Below are positions 10,348 to 19,958 of a DNA stretch of 64,000 bases, piece after piece. The translations under genes were made by a program, and so were the position numbers. The notes beneath the pieces were generated by a model. That model made no database searches, was not told where the DNA came from, and was given only the letters and a program-made list of their open reading frames with translations. Location: sequence record SRR20825006_1611, one strand, 5' to 3'. Every line of letters begins with the position of its first letter. Positions within the stretch are counted from its first letter, which is position 1.

Positions 10348-10872
10348 ATGACCCACACGATTTCCCGACGCTCGCTGCTCCTGTCCGGCGCCGCTTCACT
10401 GGGCCTTGCCGCCTGTTCCATCAATTCTACATCGGAAGCAGCAGACGCTGAAAACGCCGATAATGAGGAGCAATATGCTGATTCCGAATGGCGCCGACTT
10501 ACCAATGATGACTGGCGTGCGCGCTTGAGCGCGGCCGCCTACGGCGTTATGCGGGAAGAGGGTACCGAGCGTCCCTTTACATCGGACCTGAACAAGGAGG
10601 CCCGCACAGGTACCTATCATTGCGCCGGGTGTGACCTCGCCCTGTTTTCATCGGACACCAAATTCGATTCCGGCACGGGCTGGCCGAGCTTCTATGATGT
10701 CTTGCCGGGCGCCATGGGAACCAAACCTGATCGCAAGCTGATTTATGTGCGCACGGAATACCACTGCGCCCAATGCCTGGGCCATCAGGGGCATGTATTC
10801 GAGGATGGGCCGGAACCCACCGGCTTGCGGTATTGCAACAATGGCGTTGCGCTGACCTTCAAGCCGGCCTGA
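10348..10872 (+). CDS. msrB: peptide-methionine (R)-S-oxide reductase with Tat/lipoprotein signal
   Basis: GTERPF, KFDSGTGWPSF, GHVFEDGP, RYCNNG; SRRSLL and LAAC at N-terminus; start approximate. Confidence 0.93.
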   Translation: MTHTISRRSLLLSGAASLGLAACSINSTSEAADAENADNEEQYADSEWRRLTNDDWRARLSAAAYGVMREEGTERPFTSDLNKEARTGTYHCAGCDLALFSSDTKFDSGTGWPSFYDVLPGAMGTKPDRKLIYVRTEYHCAQCLGHQGHVFEDGPEPTGLRYCNNGVALTFKPA

Positions 10873-10879
10873 TTCCGGA

Positions 10880-12166
10880 TCACTCGATGATTTCCATGCC
10901 CTCGGGGATTACGAATGGCGTGGTAGCGACGCCGACATTTCCGGCTTCAACTACCTCACCAGGACCGCCTTCCCGACGCTCATAAGCCTGAGCCAGCGAG
11001 AGATATGGCGGGACGTGAACCCAGCCCGCACCACCATCATTTTGTGTGATTTCGAAATGAAGGTGAAACGTTGTGGGCGTGCCGCCGAAATCATTCGAGA
11101 CATACCCAATATGCTGGCCGGCCTCGACTGGGTCCCCCGCCTTTACCTGCAGCTTGTCCATGTTCATGTGCATGTATTTGAAGATACGTCCGCCTGCGCG
11201 CAGATTCACGCTGTAAGTGCCAACGTGTGAGATGACACCATCAGACACGGCGACAACCTTGTGCAGGGTGCGGTCACTGGCAGCTGTCCTGCGCAGTGTA
11301 TTGCATTCCTGTGGTGTGCCGACCCGAATGTCCTGCCCCTGGTGGACCTTGGGTTGGGGGCAGTAAGGAGAGGTCCGATTGGCGCTGCGTACTTCGCAGA
11401 AATTGTCCCGCCATGGATAGGCGTAGTTGCGGGAATCGCACTGGTCGCCCCCCGCGACACCCCCGCCAAAGCTGAACACTTGGGACTGTAGGTAAGTTGG
11501 TGCATCCGCGATAGGAAATACAAGATCAGGTGCGTATGCAATCTGCTCCGGTGCACCTTGGCCTGAGCCAGGCAGAAGCGCTCCGGCTTCAAAATAGCTG
11601 AAGGTTGGTTCGACCGGCTCAACAGGGTCGGGCAGGCTGGCAGCGTCGTCGCCATCATCATCACTGATATCTTCAGCCGGAATGTCCGTGTCATCAAGCG
11701 TGTCGCCCGGTGTTTCGGTATCCGTGTCCGTATCGGTGTTAGCATCCGTTTCAGGGTTGGTGTCCTGGTCCGAAGCGTCATCATCTTCAGGAGTTGTCGC
11801 GGGATCAGTATCTGGTGTGTCGACGTCGGGAATGTCGTCGGTGGGGGTGTCGACATCAATCGGATCGGTAGCGGGGTTGTCGGCGTCTACTGGATCAGGT
11901 CCGTCCCCGAGATCATCCGTATCAGGCGAGTTGGCTGTATCTTCCGCATCATCCGCAGGGTCCGTTGGTGTGTCCTCACCGTCTGCCCCATAGGGATTGT
12001 CGACCGGCGCAGACGGCGGCGGAGGTCCGGGCGCTCCGGGCGGTACAGCAGGCCCCGCATCCGGCGTTGTCGGACTTGGTCCGCCATCTCCCGGAAATCT
12101 GACAAAGTCGCAGGCGGACAGCATGAGGGCTGCGCTCGCCAGCAGCAGCAATCGTGTTGGTTTCAT
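10880..12166 (-). CDS. M23 family metallopeptidase lipoprotein with long acidic linker
   Basis: LSAC lipobox; HQGQD and HLHFE zinc motifs. Confidence 0.85.
   Translation of the reverse strand: MKPTRLLLLASAALMLSACDFVRFPGDGGPSPTTPDAGPAVPPGAPGPPPPSAPVDNPYGADGEDTPTDPADDAEDTANSPDTDDLGDGPDPVDADNPATDPIDVDTPTDDIPDVDTPDTDPATTPEDDDASDQDTNPETDANTDTDTDTETPGDTLDDTDIPAEDISDDDGDDAASLPDPVEPVEPTFSYFEAGALLPGSGQGAPEQIAYAPDLVFPIADAPTYLQSQVFSFGGGVAGGDQCDSRNYAYPWRDNFCEVRSANRTSPYCPQPKVHQGQDIRVGTPQECNTLRRTAASDRTLHKVVAVSDGVISHVGTYSVNLRAGGRIFKYMHMNMDKLQVKAGDPVEAGQHIGYVSNDFGGTPTTFHLHFEITQNDGGAGWVHVPPYLSLAQAYERREGGPGEVVEAGNVGVATTPFVIPEGMEIIE
11630..12080 (-). repeat. low-complexity Pro/Asp/Thr-rich linker (DTP/DTD/DVDTP iterations)
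   Basis: visible in the translation of the M23 protein; bounds approximate. Confidence 0.7.
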
Positions 12167-12810
12167 CAACGCGTCCCCGCAATTACTAGCTTGTTGGTCA
12201 CATCGAGAGCTTCTTGCTCCGTGATGCAGTCGGCTTCACCTCCCTTGATGGATTTGCATTCAAATTCCACGAGGTAGTCTGCGCCATAACGAGAGAACGA
12301 GACTTGTGCTCCACTCATCGTTGGCGTGTAGGTCAGGACGGGCGTATCGTCTTGGGCATTGGTGGTATCAACTCCAATGACTTCATTCGTGCCATTGACG
12401 ACAATGTCATAGTCTATGCCGGGATAGGCAGCGAAATAGCCGTCCGACATGGGTTGAAAGCGGATGCCACTCTCGGCGCCCTGTGGCACGACGATGCCGG
12501 TTGGAAGCAAGACCGGTACGGGCGGCGCGGTGCCGCCGGATTCCACCTGGAAACTCGTCTCGCGCTGCTCGCTGGGTGTGGCAGCAAGATCTGCTCGTGC
12601 AGCGTCCCAGTCGATTGTTGCAGTGCTGGCGACCATCACCGGACCGTCAGGTTGATCTGGAACGAGCGTAGCTTCTTCTGCAGGAGCAATTTCCGGCTCT
12701 TGGGTTTCAACCGGTGCTGGTTCGTCGCGGTCTCTCGCAATCAAGAAGTCGCATGCGGTAAGCGAGAGCGCGCACCCACCGACAATCAGGATGGTACGGA
12801 TAGATGTCAT
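12166..12810 (-). CDS. hypothetical lipoprotein
   Basis: LTAC lipobox; overlaps both neighbours. Confidence 0.8.
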   Translation of the reverse strand: MTSIRTILIVGGCALSLTACDFLIARDRDEPAPVETQEPEIAPAEEATLVPDQPDGPVMVASTATIDWDAARADLAATPSEQRETSFQVESGGTAPPVPVLLPTGIVVPQGAESGIRFQPMSDGYFAAYPGIDYDIVVNGTNEVIGVDTTNAQDDTPVLTYTPTMSGAQVSFSRYGADYLVEFECKSIKGGEADCITEQEALDVTNKLVIAGTR

Positions 12811-13373
12811 TTGCGTTTGTCCTCTCCGGGATGAGCTACGAAGTCAGGGTCTGCATAGGCGACGCCATCAATTGACAATATCTGTTGGCGGATTTCTTCA
12901 ATTCGCCCGCGTGTCGCCTCGACACCGGCGGGCAGTTGGTACACCAGATTGATTTCGCCGGAATAGCTGGCGCCCACGAGACGGAAATCCTTCAGGATGG
13001 GGATGTCTTCTACGAGATCCGAATATGCCGCATCAGCGGTCTCGCGATCGCGTTTGAAATTGCGCGCAATCGTATCAACTTCAGACCGCCCCTTGAGGCG
13101 GACGATAAAGGTGACTTCCGCACCGCTCGAACTGGACGAGCTGCTGCCACTGACGGCAGCAGGCTTGACCTGTTCTACACCCACGGTGCCGATTGGCGGA
13201 CGTGGGTCGGTCGCCGCCTGTGTGGCGGGGCTGTCCTGTTCAGGCCGTGATTGGGAGCTATTGCGGTCATCACTCCCCACGATAACCAACCCCACCGCGC
13301 TGGCCAGCAGGGTGACCCCTGCAAGGCCAAGCGGCCCGCCGAGATGGACGGGAGAAGGGCGCCGTTTTGGCAT
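12807..13373 (-). CDS. single-TM protein with subtilisin-propeptide/I9-like domain
   Basis: TGATG coupling to S8 stop; TM; VTFIVRLKG...ILSIDGVAYADPDFVAH pattern; function inferred. Confidence 0.6.
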   Translation of the reverse strand: MPKRRPSPVHLGGPLGLAGVTLLASAVGLVIVGSDDRNSSQSRPEQDSPATQAATDPRPPIGTVGVEQVKPAAVSGSSSSSSSGAEVTFIVRLKGRSEVDTIARNFKRDRETADAAYSDLVEDIPILKDFRLVGASYSGEINLVYQLPAGVEATRGRIEEIRQQILSIDGVAYADPDFVAHPGEDKRK

Positions 13374-15667
13374 CAGTCTCCGCCACCGCCGGTCGGCCGT
13401 TCCGGCACCATGGCGAGGTCGAGCAAGCCTTGACCGCATGGACGTGTGCACATGTCGGGGCTTCCCTCAATCGGAGTGGTGCCCGGGTAGAGTGCACATG
13501 AGCCAGAGCATTGCATCGCAGATCGCGGGCTGGATGCAGCGAGCAGGGTGGCTTTCAGCTCTTCCGGCGTGGCGTCAGGATCGCGTGCCTTGAGGAGGGC
13601 AAGTGCTGCTGAGACATGCGGCGCTGCCATCGATGTGCCCTGTTCGAAAGCGTAGAAGCAGTCTTCGACGGCTTCACCCGTGACCGGGTCATAGCAATTC
13701 GTTGCAGCCTTGGTGGACAGGACGCCATCTGGACGACCGTCCCCATTGTCGTCCCGTGTCAGGTCTCCACCAGGGGCGAGGAGATCTACTTCCGGTCCGA
13801 AATTGGAATAGGGGGCTATATGTCCCCGGGCATCGCCGGCGGCGACTGTGATCACATTCGCGCAGCCACCCGGCGCATAATACTGCGTCGCAACGCGGGC
13901 ATTGCCGGCTGCCGAGACGACCAGCACACCACGCTCAGTGACCGAATCAATCGCATCCTGCAGCGATGCAGGACAGTATTCAAACAGCCCGATGGAGAGG
14001 TTGATTACGTCAGCCGGATTGTCGTTCCAGATCTCGTTGCCTTCCGCATCCTCGGCCGGGATCAGGCCGCCTGCCCACCGGATGGCATCATTGATGTCGG
14101 AGAGACGTCCACCACATTTGCCGAGCGCGCGCACTGGAACGATTTTGACGTTCCACGCCCCGCCCGCGACCCCTGAGGCATTGTTGGTCGCGGCTGCGCC
14201 AATCGTTCCCGCCACATGTGTGCCGTGAAATGTGTCTTCTGCAAATGGGACCGACGGATCACAGAGATCGCCCGGATCGTTCGGGTCGCCGTCACGGCCG
14301 TCGCCATCATTTCCCATACGTGGATCGGAGACCATATCCCAACCCGGTGCGATGTTGGGGGAATCCTTGATGTCGGGGTGTTCCAGTTGCAGGCCGGTGT
14401 CTACAACAGCCACGACAACATCTGCTGATCCATCTGTGCCCTGACGGGTCCAGAATTCCTGGAAGCTTGAGCCCCCTACGGACTCGCCTTCGCCTGTACC
14501 ATTGTTCTGGAAATGCCATTGAAGTTCCCAAAGCGGGTCATTCGGGGTGATGGTTGTGTCGGTGATGACGTCCGGGGTCACATCGGTTCCGGTGGCCGGT
14601 GTGTCGGGGCGTGGTTTACGAGCGAACTGGTTTTCGAAAATATAGTCTTTCTCGACATATTCGAACTGACCAGACGCTTTCAGGTCTTTCACGATACATT
14701 CTGTCGCGAGCACCGGGCTCGACTGAACGGTGACCATATCAGGATTGTCTGGGCATTCGAGTTTCGCATCGACGGCGAGGAAATTCTGCATCGTGTTGCG
14801 AGGGGATCCGGCTGGCGTGAACCGAGTGGGGCTGCCACCATCCTCGCCGATTTGTATGACCATCTGCCCCTCGCGAGACAGGGCCACTTCGCCGCCCATT
14901 CCATACTTCGACAATGTGTCCAGCATTACGGAATTGGCATCGCGTTGCGCTGTAATGGCATCACGACTGATAACAGAACGACGCGCAAGCTTGCGCGCTG
15001 CGACTTTTTCCTGAACCGGTGCAGATTCCAGGGAACGGGGATCGAGGGACCGGGTGCGCGCCGTTGGCGATGGTTCTTTCGCGGCGGTCTGTTCCAGTTG
15101 CCTGGATGCCTTGTCAATTTCCTGCAGAGTTTTTTCTCGTGCTTTTGGATCAAGCTTCACCTTGGGCATGACGCGTGCAGGCTGAACCGACAGGCTGCGT
15201 GACGGCGCAGGCGCAGAAGTGATCGGTGCGGTGGCATCGGACTCTGCAGCAGGGGCGCTTTCAGCCTCGACCGGATCGTCGGAAAATTCGTCAAAGGCTT
15301 CCGGATCTTCCAGGAAGACTTCATCGTCTTCCACGACCGCCATGGCTTCAGCAGGGGGGATGTCCCGTGGCTTGGCAATGATCGATCCGACCGCAAACAT
15401 CGGGCTCGCGCTTGCCGTTTCGAAATTCATGTCATTGCGCAGCGTACCGGCAATGGCTCGGTCCATGACGTCAGCTGCTTCCAGCGGTTTCGGAGCGTCC
15501 GGTTCAACAATGGTCCGACCGCTCAACTGGTCCATAGTTGCCTCGGCGAGATCACGAGCGCGTTCGAGCCTTGTGTCTTGCTGGTCGCATGAGGACAGCA
15601 CGAGCAGGCTGGCCAAAGCAGTTCCGAGCGCGAGGCGGCCCGGCGTCGATATCAGTTTCCGCAGCAT
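13373..15667 (-). CDS. S8 subtilisin-like serine peptidase, lipoprotein
   Basis: VAVVDTG, HGTHVAG and GTSMAAPHV triad; LSSC lipobox. Confidence 0.95.
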   Translation of the reverse strand: MLRKLISTPGRLALGTALASLLVLSSCDQQDTRLERARDLAEATMDQLSGRTIVEPDAPKPLEAADVMDRAIAGTLRNDMNFETASASPMFAVGSIIAKPRDIPPAEAMAVVEDDEVFLEDPEAFDEFSDDPVEAESAPAAESDATAPITSAPAPSRSLSVQPARVMPKVKLDPKAREKTLQEIDKASRQLEQTAAKEPSPTARTRSLDPRSLESAPVQEKVAARKLARRSVISRDAITAQRDANSVMLDTLSKYGMGGEVALSREGQMVIQIGEDGGSPTRFTPAGSPRNTMQNFLAVDAKLECPDNPDMVTVQSSPVLATECIVKDLKASGQFEYVEKDYIFENQFARKPRPDTPATGTDVTPDVITDTTITPNDPLWELQWHFQNNGTGEGESVGGSSFQEFWTRQGTDGSADVVVAVVDTGLQLEHPDIKDSPNIAPGWDMVSDPRMGNDGDGRDGDPNDPGDLCDPSVPFAEDTFHGTHVAGTIGAAATNNASGVAGGAWNVKIVPVRALGKCGGRLSDINDAIRWAGGLIPAEDAEGNEIWNDNPADVINLSIGLFEYCPASLQDAIDSVTERGVLVVSAAGNARVATQYYAPGGCANVITVAAGDARGHIAPYSNFGPEVDLLAPGGDLTRDDNGDGRPDGVLSTKAATNCYDPVTGEAVEDCFYAFEQGTSMAAPHVSAALALLKARDPDATPEELKATLLAASSPRSAMQCSGSCALYPGTTPIEGSPDMCTRPCGQGLLDLAMVPERPTGGGGD

Positions 15668-15865
15668 GTGAGATATCCCCGTGTGTTTCCCAAGATACTC
15701 CCAGCTCCTTAGATTAACCCTTTAGCAAGATTATGACGAGGGTGGGGCATTGTCCAATGCAAACGCTTTTCAACCTGACACTTGTTGACGTGAAATCGGA
15801 AGCCCGGCTTTCCTTACGGCACCATTTTCTTGTTGCTGGACATTTCCAGAAGACCGGCCGATGAC

Positions 15866-17152
15866 ATGAGAATGAGCGAGGGGCAGACGATTCCACCAGA
15901 CGTGTCCAGACCGGACCGGCGCAACGCTTTCTTCCTGTTGTTCTTCTCATTGATGGCGATCGGGGCTGGCAATACGATGCTGATTGCCGCCGTATTGCCG
16001 CCACTGACGCGAGAGATTGGTCTTCCGGACTGGATGGCCGGGGCTATCTTTGGATTGTCGGCGCTGTGCTGGTCGTTGATGTCGCCGTTTTGGGGTGGTC
16101 GGTCCAACCGCTGGGGAAGGCGGCCTGTCGCCGCCTTGGGACTTGCGGGATATGGCATCTCCATGCTCCTGCTGTTCCTGACCGGCTGGCTTACCATGAC
16201 TGGCGTACTGACCGGCACGTTCATGATGTTTGCCTGCCTTGCCATGTCGCGTTCGATTTTTGGGTTGCTGGGCTCTGGCACGAACCCGGCTGCGCAAGCT
16301 TATGTTGCTGATCGCACCAGTCAGGCCGAGCGACAGTCCGAAATCGCGTTCATCACATCGGGTTTCAGCGTTGGCACGGTGATTGGCCCCGCTTTTGCCG
16401 CGGCGCTGGTGGCAACGCTTGGCCTGCTGAGTCCCTTGCTACTGACGGCGGTTATTGCCTTTACCATGTCGGCCTTGATCTGGTTCCGCCTCCCGGAAGA
16501 GCGCGAGCCGGTAACGGATGCGACCCAGTTTGAAGAAATTCCCGGTGCGCGGGGTCTTTGGCGATCCGGGCCGGTATTGCCCTTCCTTGTGTTCGCCGTG
16601 TGCCTGTCGCTGACGACCGGTGTATTGACGCAGGTTTTTGTCTTTTCAGTAATGGACAAACTGGGCGTTTCCGGAAAGGAAGCGGCGCAATTTACCGGGC
16701 CGGCCTTTACCGTTGGCGCACTCGCCGTACTGCTGGCCCAGCTTGTGTTGATCCCTCGCCTCAAGCTCAAGAACAAGACACTCATGTGGGGAGGCTGCCT
16801 GCCTTTGCTGGCTGGGGCGTTGCTGATGGTCTTCGCAAATGACTATGCAAATTTGATCCTGGCGCAGTTCTGCATTGGCCTCGGGCAGGGGCTCGCGCGG
16901 CCGGGATTTTCAAGCGGGGCATCACTGGCCGTCTCACCTCAGCTTCAAGGCAACGTCGCAGGTCTCGTAATCTCGGCGAATGGAATGGGTTTCATCATCA
17001 CGCCCTTCTTCGGCTTGTTCATCTATGAGTATGTGAACCCGCATCTTCCGTTCATATTCTGCGCGGGCCTGCTGAGTTTCATGATCCTGTATGCCCGGTT
17101 CGGGTTGAAGGATGGCGTCGGCGAACCGGATGAGGAAGCCGACGCAGTTTGA
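15866..17152 (+). CDS. MFS transporter
   Basis: about 12 TM; motif A GGRSNRWGRRP. Confidence 0.9.
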   Translation: MRMSEGQTIPPDVSRPDRRNAFFLLFFSLMAIGAGNTMLIAAVLPPLTREIGLPDWMAGAIFGLSALCWSLMSPFWGGRSNRWGRRPVAALGLAGYGISMLLLFLTGWLTMTGVLTGTFMMFACLAMSRSIFGLLGSGTNPAAQAYVADRTSQAERQSEIAFITSGFSVGTVIGPAFAAALVATLGLLSPLLLTAVIAFTMSALIWFRLPEEREPVTDATQFEEIPGARGLWRSGPVLPFLVFAVCLSLTTGVLTQVFVFSVMDKLGVSGKEAAQFTGPAFTVGALAVLLAQLVLIPRLKLKNKTLMWGGCLPLLAGALLMVFANDYANLILAQFCIGLGQGLARPGFSSGASLAVSPQLQGNVAGLVISANGMGFIITPFFGLFIYEYVNPHLPFIFCAGLLSFMILYARFGLKDGVGEPDEEADAV

Positions 17153-18502
17153 TCAATTTGTGCCGGACGGGCTGGATGCGACACCAACATTCGCTTCGCC
17201 AGTGACCAATGCCAGGGCCTGCTTTGTCGGGTAGCCGTCCGCAACGAGGCCCCTGGATTTTTGGAATGCTTGCAACGCGCCCTTGGTCTTGCGACCGGGA
17301 ATGCCGTCCACGCCGCCTGCGTCAAAGCCCTGGGCGTTGAGGGCGGCCTGAAGGATCTTGATCTCGCTAACGGTGAGAGGTGTCAGATGTGTTGGCCAAG
17401 ACGCGATGGGCCCATTCTGGCCTCCCATCGCATCGCCGGACAGGCCCACGGCGAACGCGTAGGAATCGGCATTGTTGTAGGTCTTGAACGCCTTGAAATT
17501 GTTGAACAGCAAGTATTTCGGGCCTTCCGCACCGGCTGGCAGCCAGAGTTCAGCATAATTGGCTCCGCCTGTTTCGAAGGTGCCGCCGCGTGCAGGTACC
17601 AGGCCTTCAGTTGCCCATGTTTCGATCCGGCGTTCATTGCCATCTGCCAGTCCGAAATCGAACCCGGTGCGGGCCAGCACTTCAATGCCCCAAGGCTGAT
17701 TCAGTGTGTAGCCGGAATTTGCCAGATAATTGGCGGTCGAGGCGAGGGCATCAGCCTCACTCTCCCAGACATCCTTCTTGCCGTCGCCGTCAAAATCTTC
17801 GGCATAGGCGATGAAGGTCGATGGCATGAATTGGGTATGGCCCATCGCGCCGGCCCACCCGGCGATCAGGTCGTCGCGCTCTGCATCGCCTTGTTCGAGA
17901 ATTTTGATCAGGGAGAGCAGTTCACGCTCAGCGAGGCTCTTGCGTCGACCTTCCACAGCCATGTTGGCCAGGACGTTTGGCGCGTCGAAACTGCCTTTCA
18001 CGGCACCAAAGCTCGTTTCCATGCCCCAGATCGCGACGATGGCTTCGCGGTCTACGCCATAGGCGGCTTCAAGAGAGTCGAAAAGTGCCGGGTTTTCAGC
18101 AAGGCGCGAAGCACCTGTGCTTATGCGGCTATTGCTCATCGGCACGCGCAGATAATCCCAGATCGGCTTGGCGAATTCGGCTTGGTCTTCGATCCCTGTC
18201 TTAGCGGGTTGGAAAGACGATCCAATCCAGAGTTCTAGCGGAGATATGCCGGTAAGGACAGATTTGACGACCTCGCGATCATGACCAGCGGCGAGTGCTT
18301 TTTCAGAGAACGCTACGCGCCAAATGTCCATTCCGGCATGGCCGGAGGAGGCGTAGGTGATCGCGCCTGTCTCGGGAGCGGGTACTGGCGCGGCGATCGG
18401 TGGAGGCGCAGCCTGGCCCGGACTATGGGCACAGGAGGCAACCAGCGCGGTCATCGCCGCAGCCGCGATGATATGTGAGCGCCGCAGCGCAATCTGTGCC
18501 AT
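17153..18502 (-). CDS. MltB-like lytic murein transglycosylase lipoprotein with PG-binding domain
   Basis: AIWGMETSFG, WAGAMGHTQFMPS, DFDGDGKKD, YNNADSY; VASC lipobox. Confidence 0.92.
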   Translation of the reverse strand: MAQIALRRSHIIAAAAMTALVASCAHSPGQAAPPPIAAPVPAPETGAITYASSGHAGMDIWRVAFSEKALAAGHDREVVKSVLTGISPLELWIGSSFQPAKTGIEDQAEFAKPIWDYLRVPMSNSRISTGASRLAENPALFDSLEAAYGVDREAIVAIWGMETSFGAVKGSFDAPNVLANMAVEGRRKSLAERELLSLIKILEQGDAERDDLIAGWAGAMGHTQFMPSTFIAYAEDFDGDGKKDVWESEADALASTANYLANSGYTLNQPWGIEVLARTGFDFGLADGNERRIETWATEGLVPARGGTFETGGANYAELWLPAGAEGPKYLLFNNFKAFKTYNNADSYAFAVGLSGDAMGGQNGPIASWPTHLTPLTVSEIKILQAALNAQGFDAGGVDGIPGRKTKGALQAFQKSRGLVADGYPTKQALALVTGEANVGVASSPSGTN

Positions 18503-18613
18503 TCTTCCAGCTCCTGAAACCGCACGTTCATGACAGCGTGCAACCTTGACTCTTCTTACCGGATTCATTACCCGCTCCGCTTTCCAATTCCTTATGATCC
18601 ACAGGCTAGGCCC

Positions 18614-18739
18614 ATGAAAGTCCGCTCGTCTCTCAAATCGCTCAAGTCGCGCCACCGCGACTGTAAGATCGTGCGCCGCAAGGGCCGCGTTTACGTCATC
18701 AATAAAACTGACCCCCGCTTCAAAGCAAAGCAGGGCTGA
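18614..18739 (+). CDS. rpmJ: 50S ribosomal protein L36 (zinc-free type)
   Basis: [41 protein letters not shown], 41 aa. Confidence 0.97.
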   Translation: MKVRSSLKSLKSRHRDCKIVRRKGRVYVINKTDPRFKAKQG

Positions 18740-18770
18740 CGTGAACATGAACAGGCAATAAGGCGGCACT

Positions 18771-19379
18771 ATGGCTGCTGAAATTGCCCTGTTCGACCTT
18801 GGGCATGTGGTCCTCGACTGGGACCCTGCACGACTTTACGCGAAGATCATCGATACGCCGCAGGAACGTCAAATGTTCCTGGCGGATATCTGTAACATGG
18901 CGTGGCATACACGGCATGATGCTGGTGCAAGCTTTGCCGAGAATGCCGTTGATCTGATCCGGCAATATCCTCAGTACGAAACTGAAATCCTTGCCTGGGG
19001 TCGGCGATGGATGGAAATGTTCGACGGCTATGTGGAAGGTACCGCCGAACTGATCCGGCGCCTGGATGCCCGCCAGGTGCCGCTCTATGCCCTGACGAAC
19101 ATGCCAGCCGATCCTTGGGACGAAATGCTCCAGGAGTTCGAGATCCTGCGACGGTTCCGCGATGTGATCGTGTCTGGCCGGATCGGCCTGATCAAGCCCG
19201 GCACCGAAATCTATCATGTCGCCCTGGAGGTCATGGACCATCCGGAGCCAGCAAACGTGCTGTTTATTGACAACAGCCTGCCCAATGTTGAAGCGGCTGA
19301 CGCGCTTGGCTTCCGGACACATCATTTCAAGCATGCAGAGGGCCTGGAGACCGCTTTGTTGTGTGAAGGCCTGCTGTGA
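18771..19379 (+). CDS. HAD family phosphatase
   Basis: LFDLGHV, LTN, KP, FIDN motifs. Confidence 0.9.
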   Translation: MAAEIALFDLGHVVLDWDPARLYAKIIDTPQERQMFLADICNMAWHTRHDAGASFAENAVDLIRQYPQYETEILAWGRRWMEMFDGYVEGTAELIRRLDARQVPLYALTNMPADPWDEMLQEFEILRRFRDVIVSGRIGLIKPGTEIYHVALEVMDHPEPANVLFIDNSLPNVEAADALGFRTHHFKHAEGLETALLCEGLL

Positions 19380-19427
19380 CAGCAAGTTGTGGTTGCCCCG
19401 CCCGGCGCGCGGCATAATATCGGACTG

Positions 19428-19958
19428 ATGATAAGAGCGCTCCTTCTGGCCGTCCTGTTCCTCGTGGGCGCGGCGCATGCGGAACCATCCGATGAGATGT
19501 TCGAGAAGCTGCGGACTGCGCCCAGTGACAGCGAAGCCAATGACGTGGCCATGGATATCTGGGCCTCCTGGATGGAATCCGGCTCACCGACGGTGGATGT
19601 CATCATGGAGCGGGGCGTCGATGCGCAGACCGCAGGAGATTTCGAGACGGCGCGCGCCTTCTTTGATCGGGCCATCCTGATCAAGCCAGACTATCCCGAG
19701 GCGTGGAACCGGCGAGCTGCCCTGTTCCTGATGGATGAAAATTACACCGAGGCATTGCGCGACCTGAACGAGACCTTGCAACTCGAGCCGCGCCATTTCG
19801 GCGCGTGGTCCGGGTTGGGCATGATGTTCGAAAGCATGGGATCTCCCAAGCATGCGCTCGAAGCCTATCGCGAGGCCATTGAAATCTATCCGCGCATGCA
19901 GCAGGCACTGGCCGCAGAAAAGCGGTTGTCCAAGCTCGCTGAGGGCCAGGGTCTTTGA
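19428..19958 (+). CDS. exported TPR protein
   Basis: signal peptide; PDYPEAWNRRA and EPRHFGAW TPRs. Confidence 0.85.
   Translation: MIRALLLAVLFLVGAAHAEPSDEMFEKLRTAPSDSEANDVAMDIWASWMESGSPTVDVIMERGVDAQTAGDFETARAFFDRAILIKPDYPEAWNRRAALFLMDENYTEALRDLNETLQLEPRHFGAWSGLGMMFESMGSPKHALEAYREAIEIYPRMQQALAAEKRLSKLAEGQGL

Noticed and set aside
11630-12080. Repeat array or CRISPR
   Set aside because: Degenerate in-frame low-complexity coding sequence with no repeat-spacer periodicity.
18614-18739. Zinc-free L36 as a zinc-starvation paralogue
   Set aside because: This form is the usual one in Alphaproteobacteria, and no Zur box was seen upstream.
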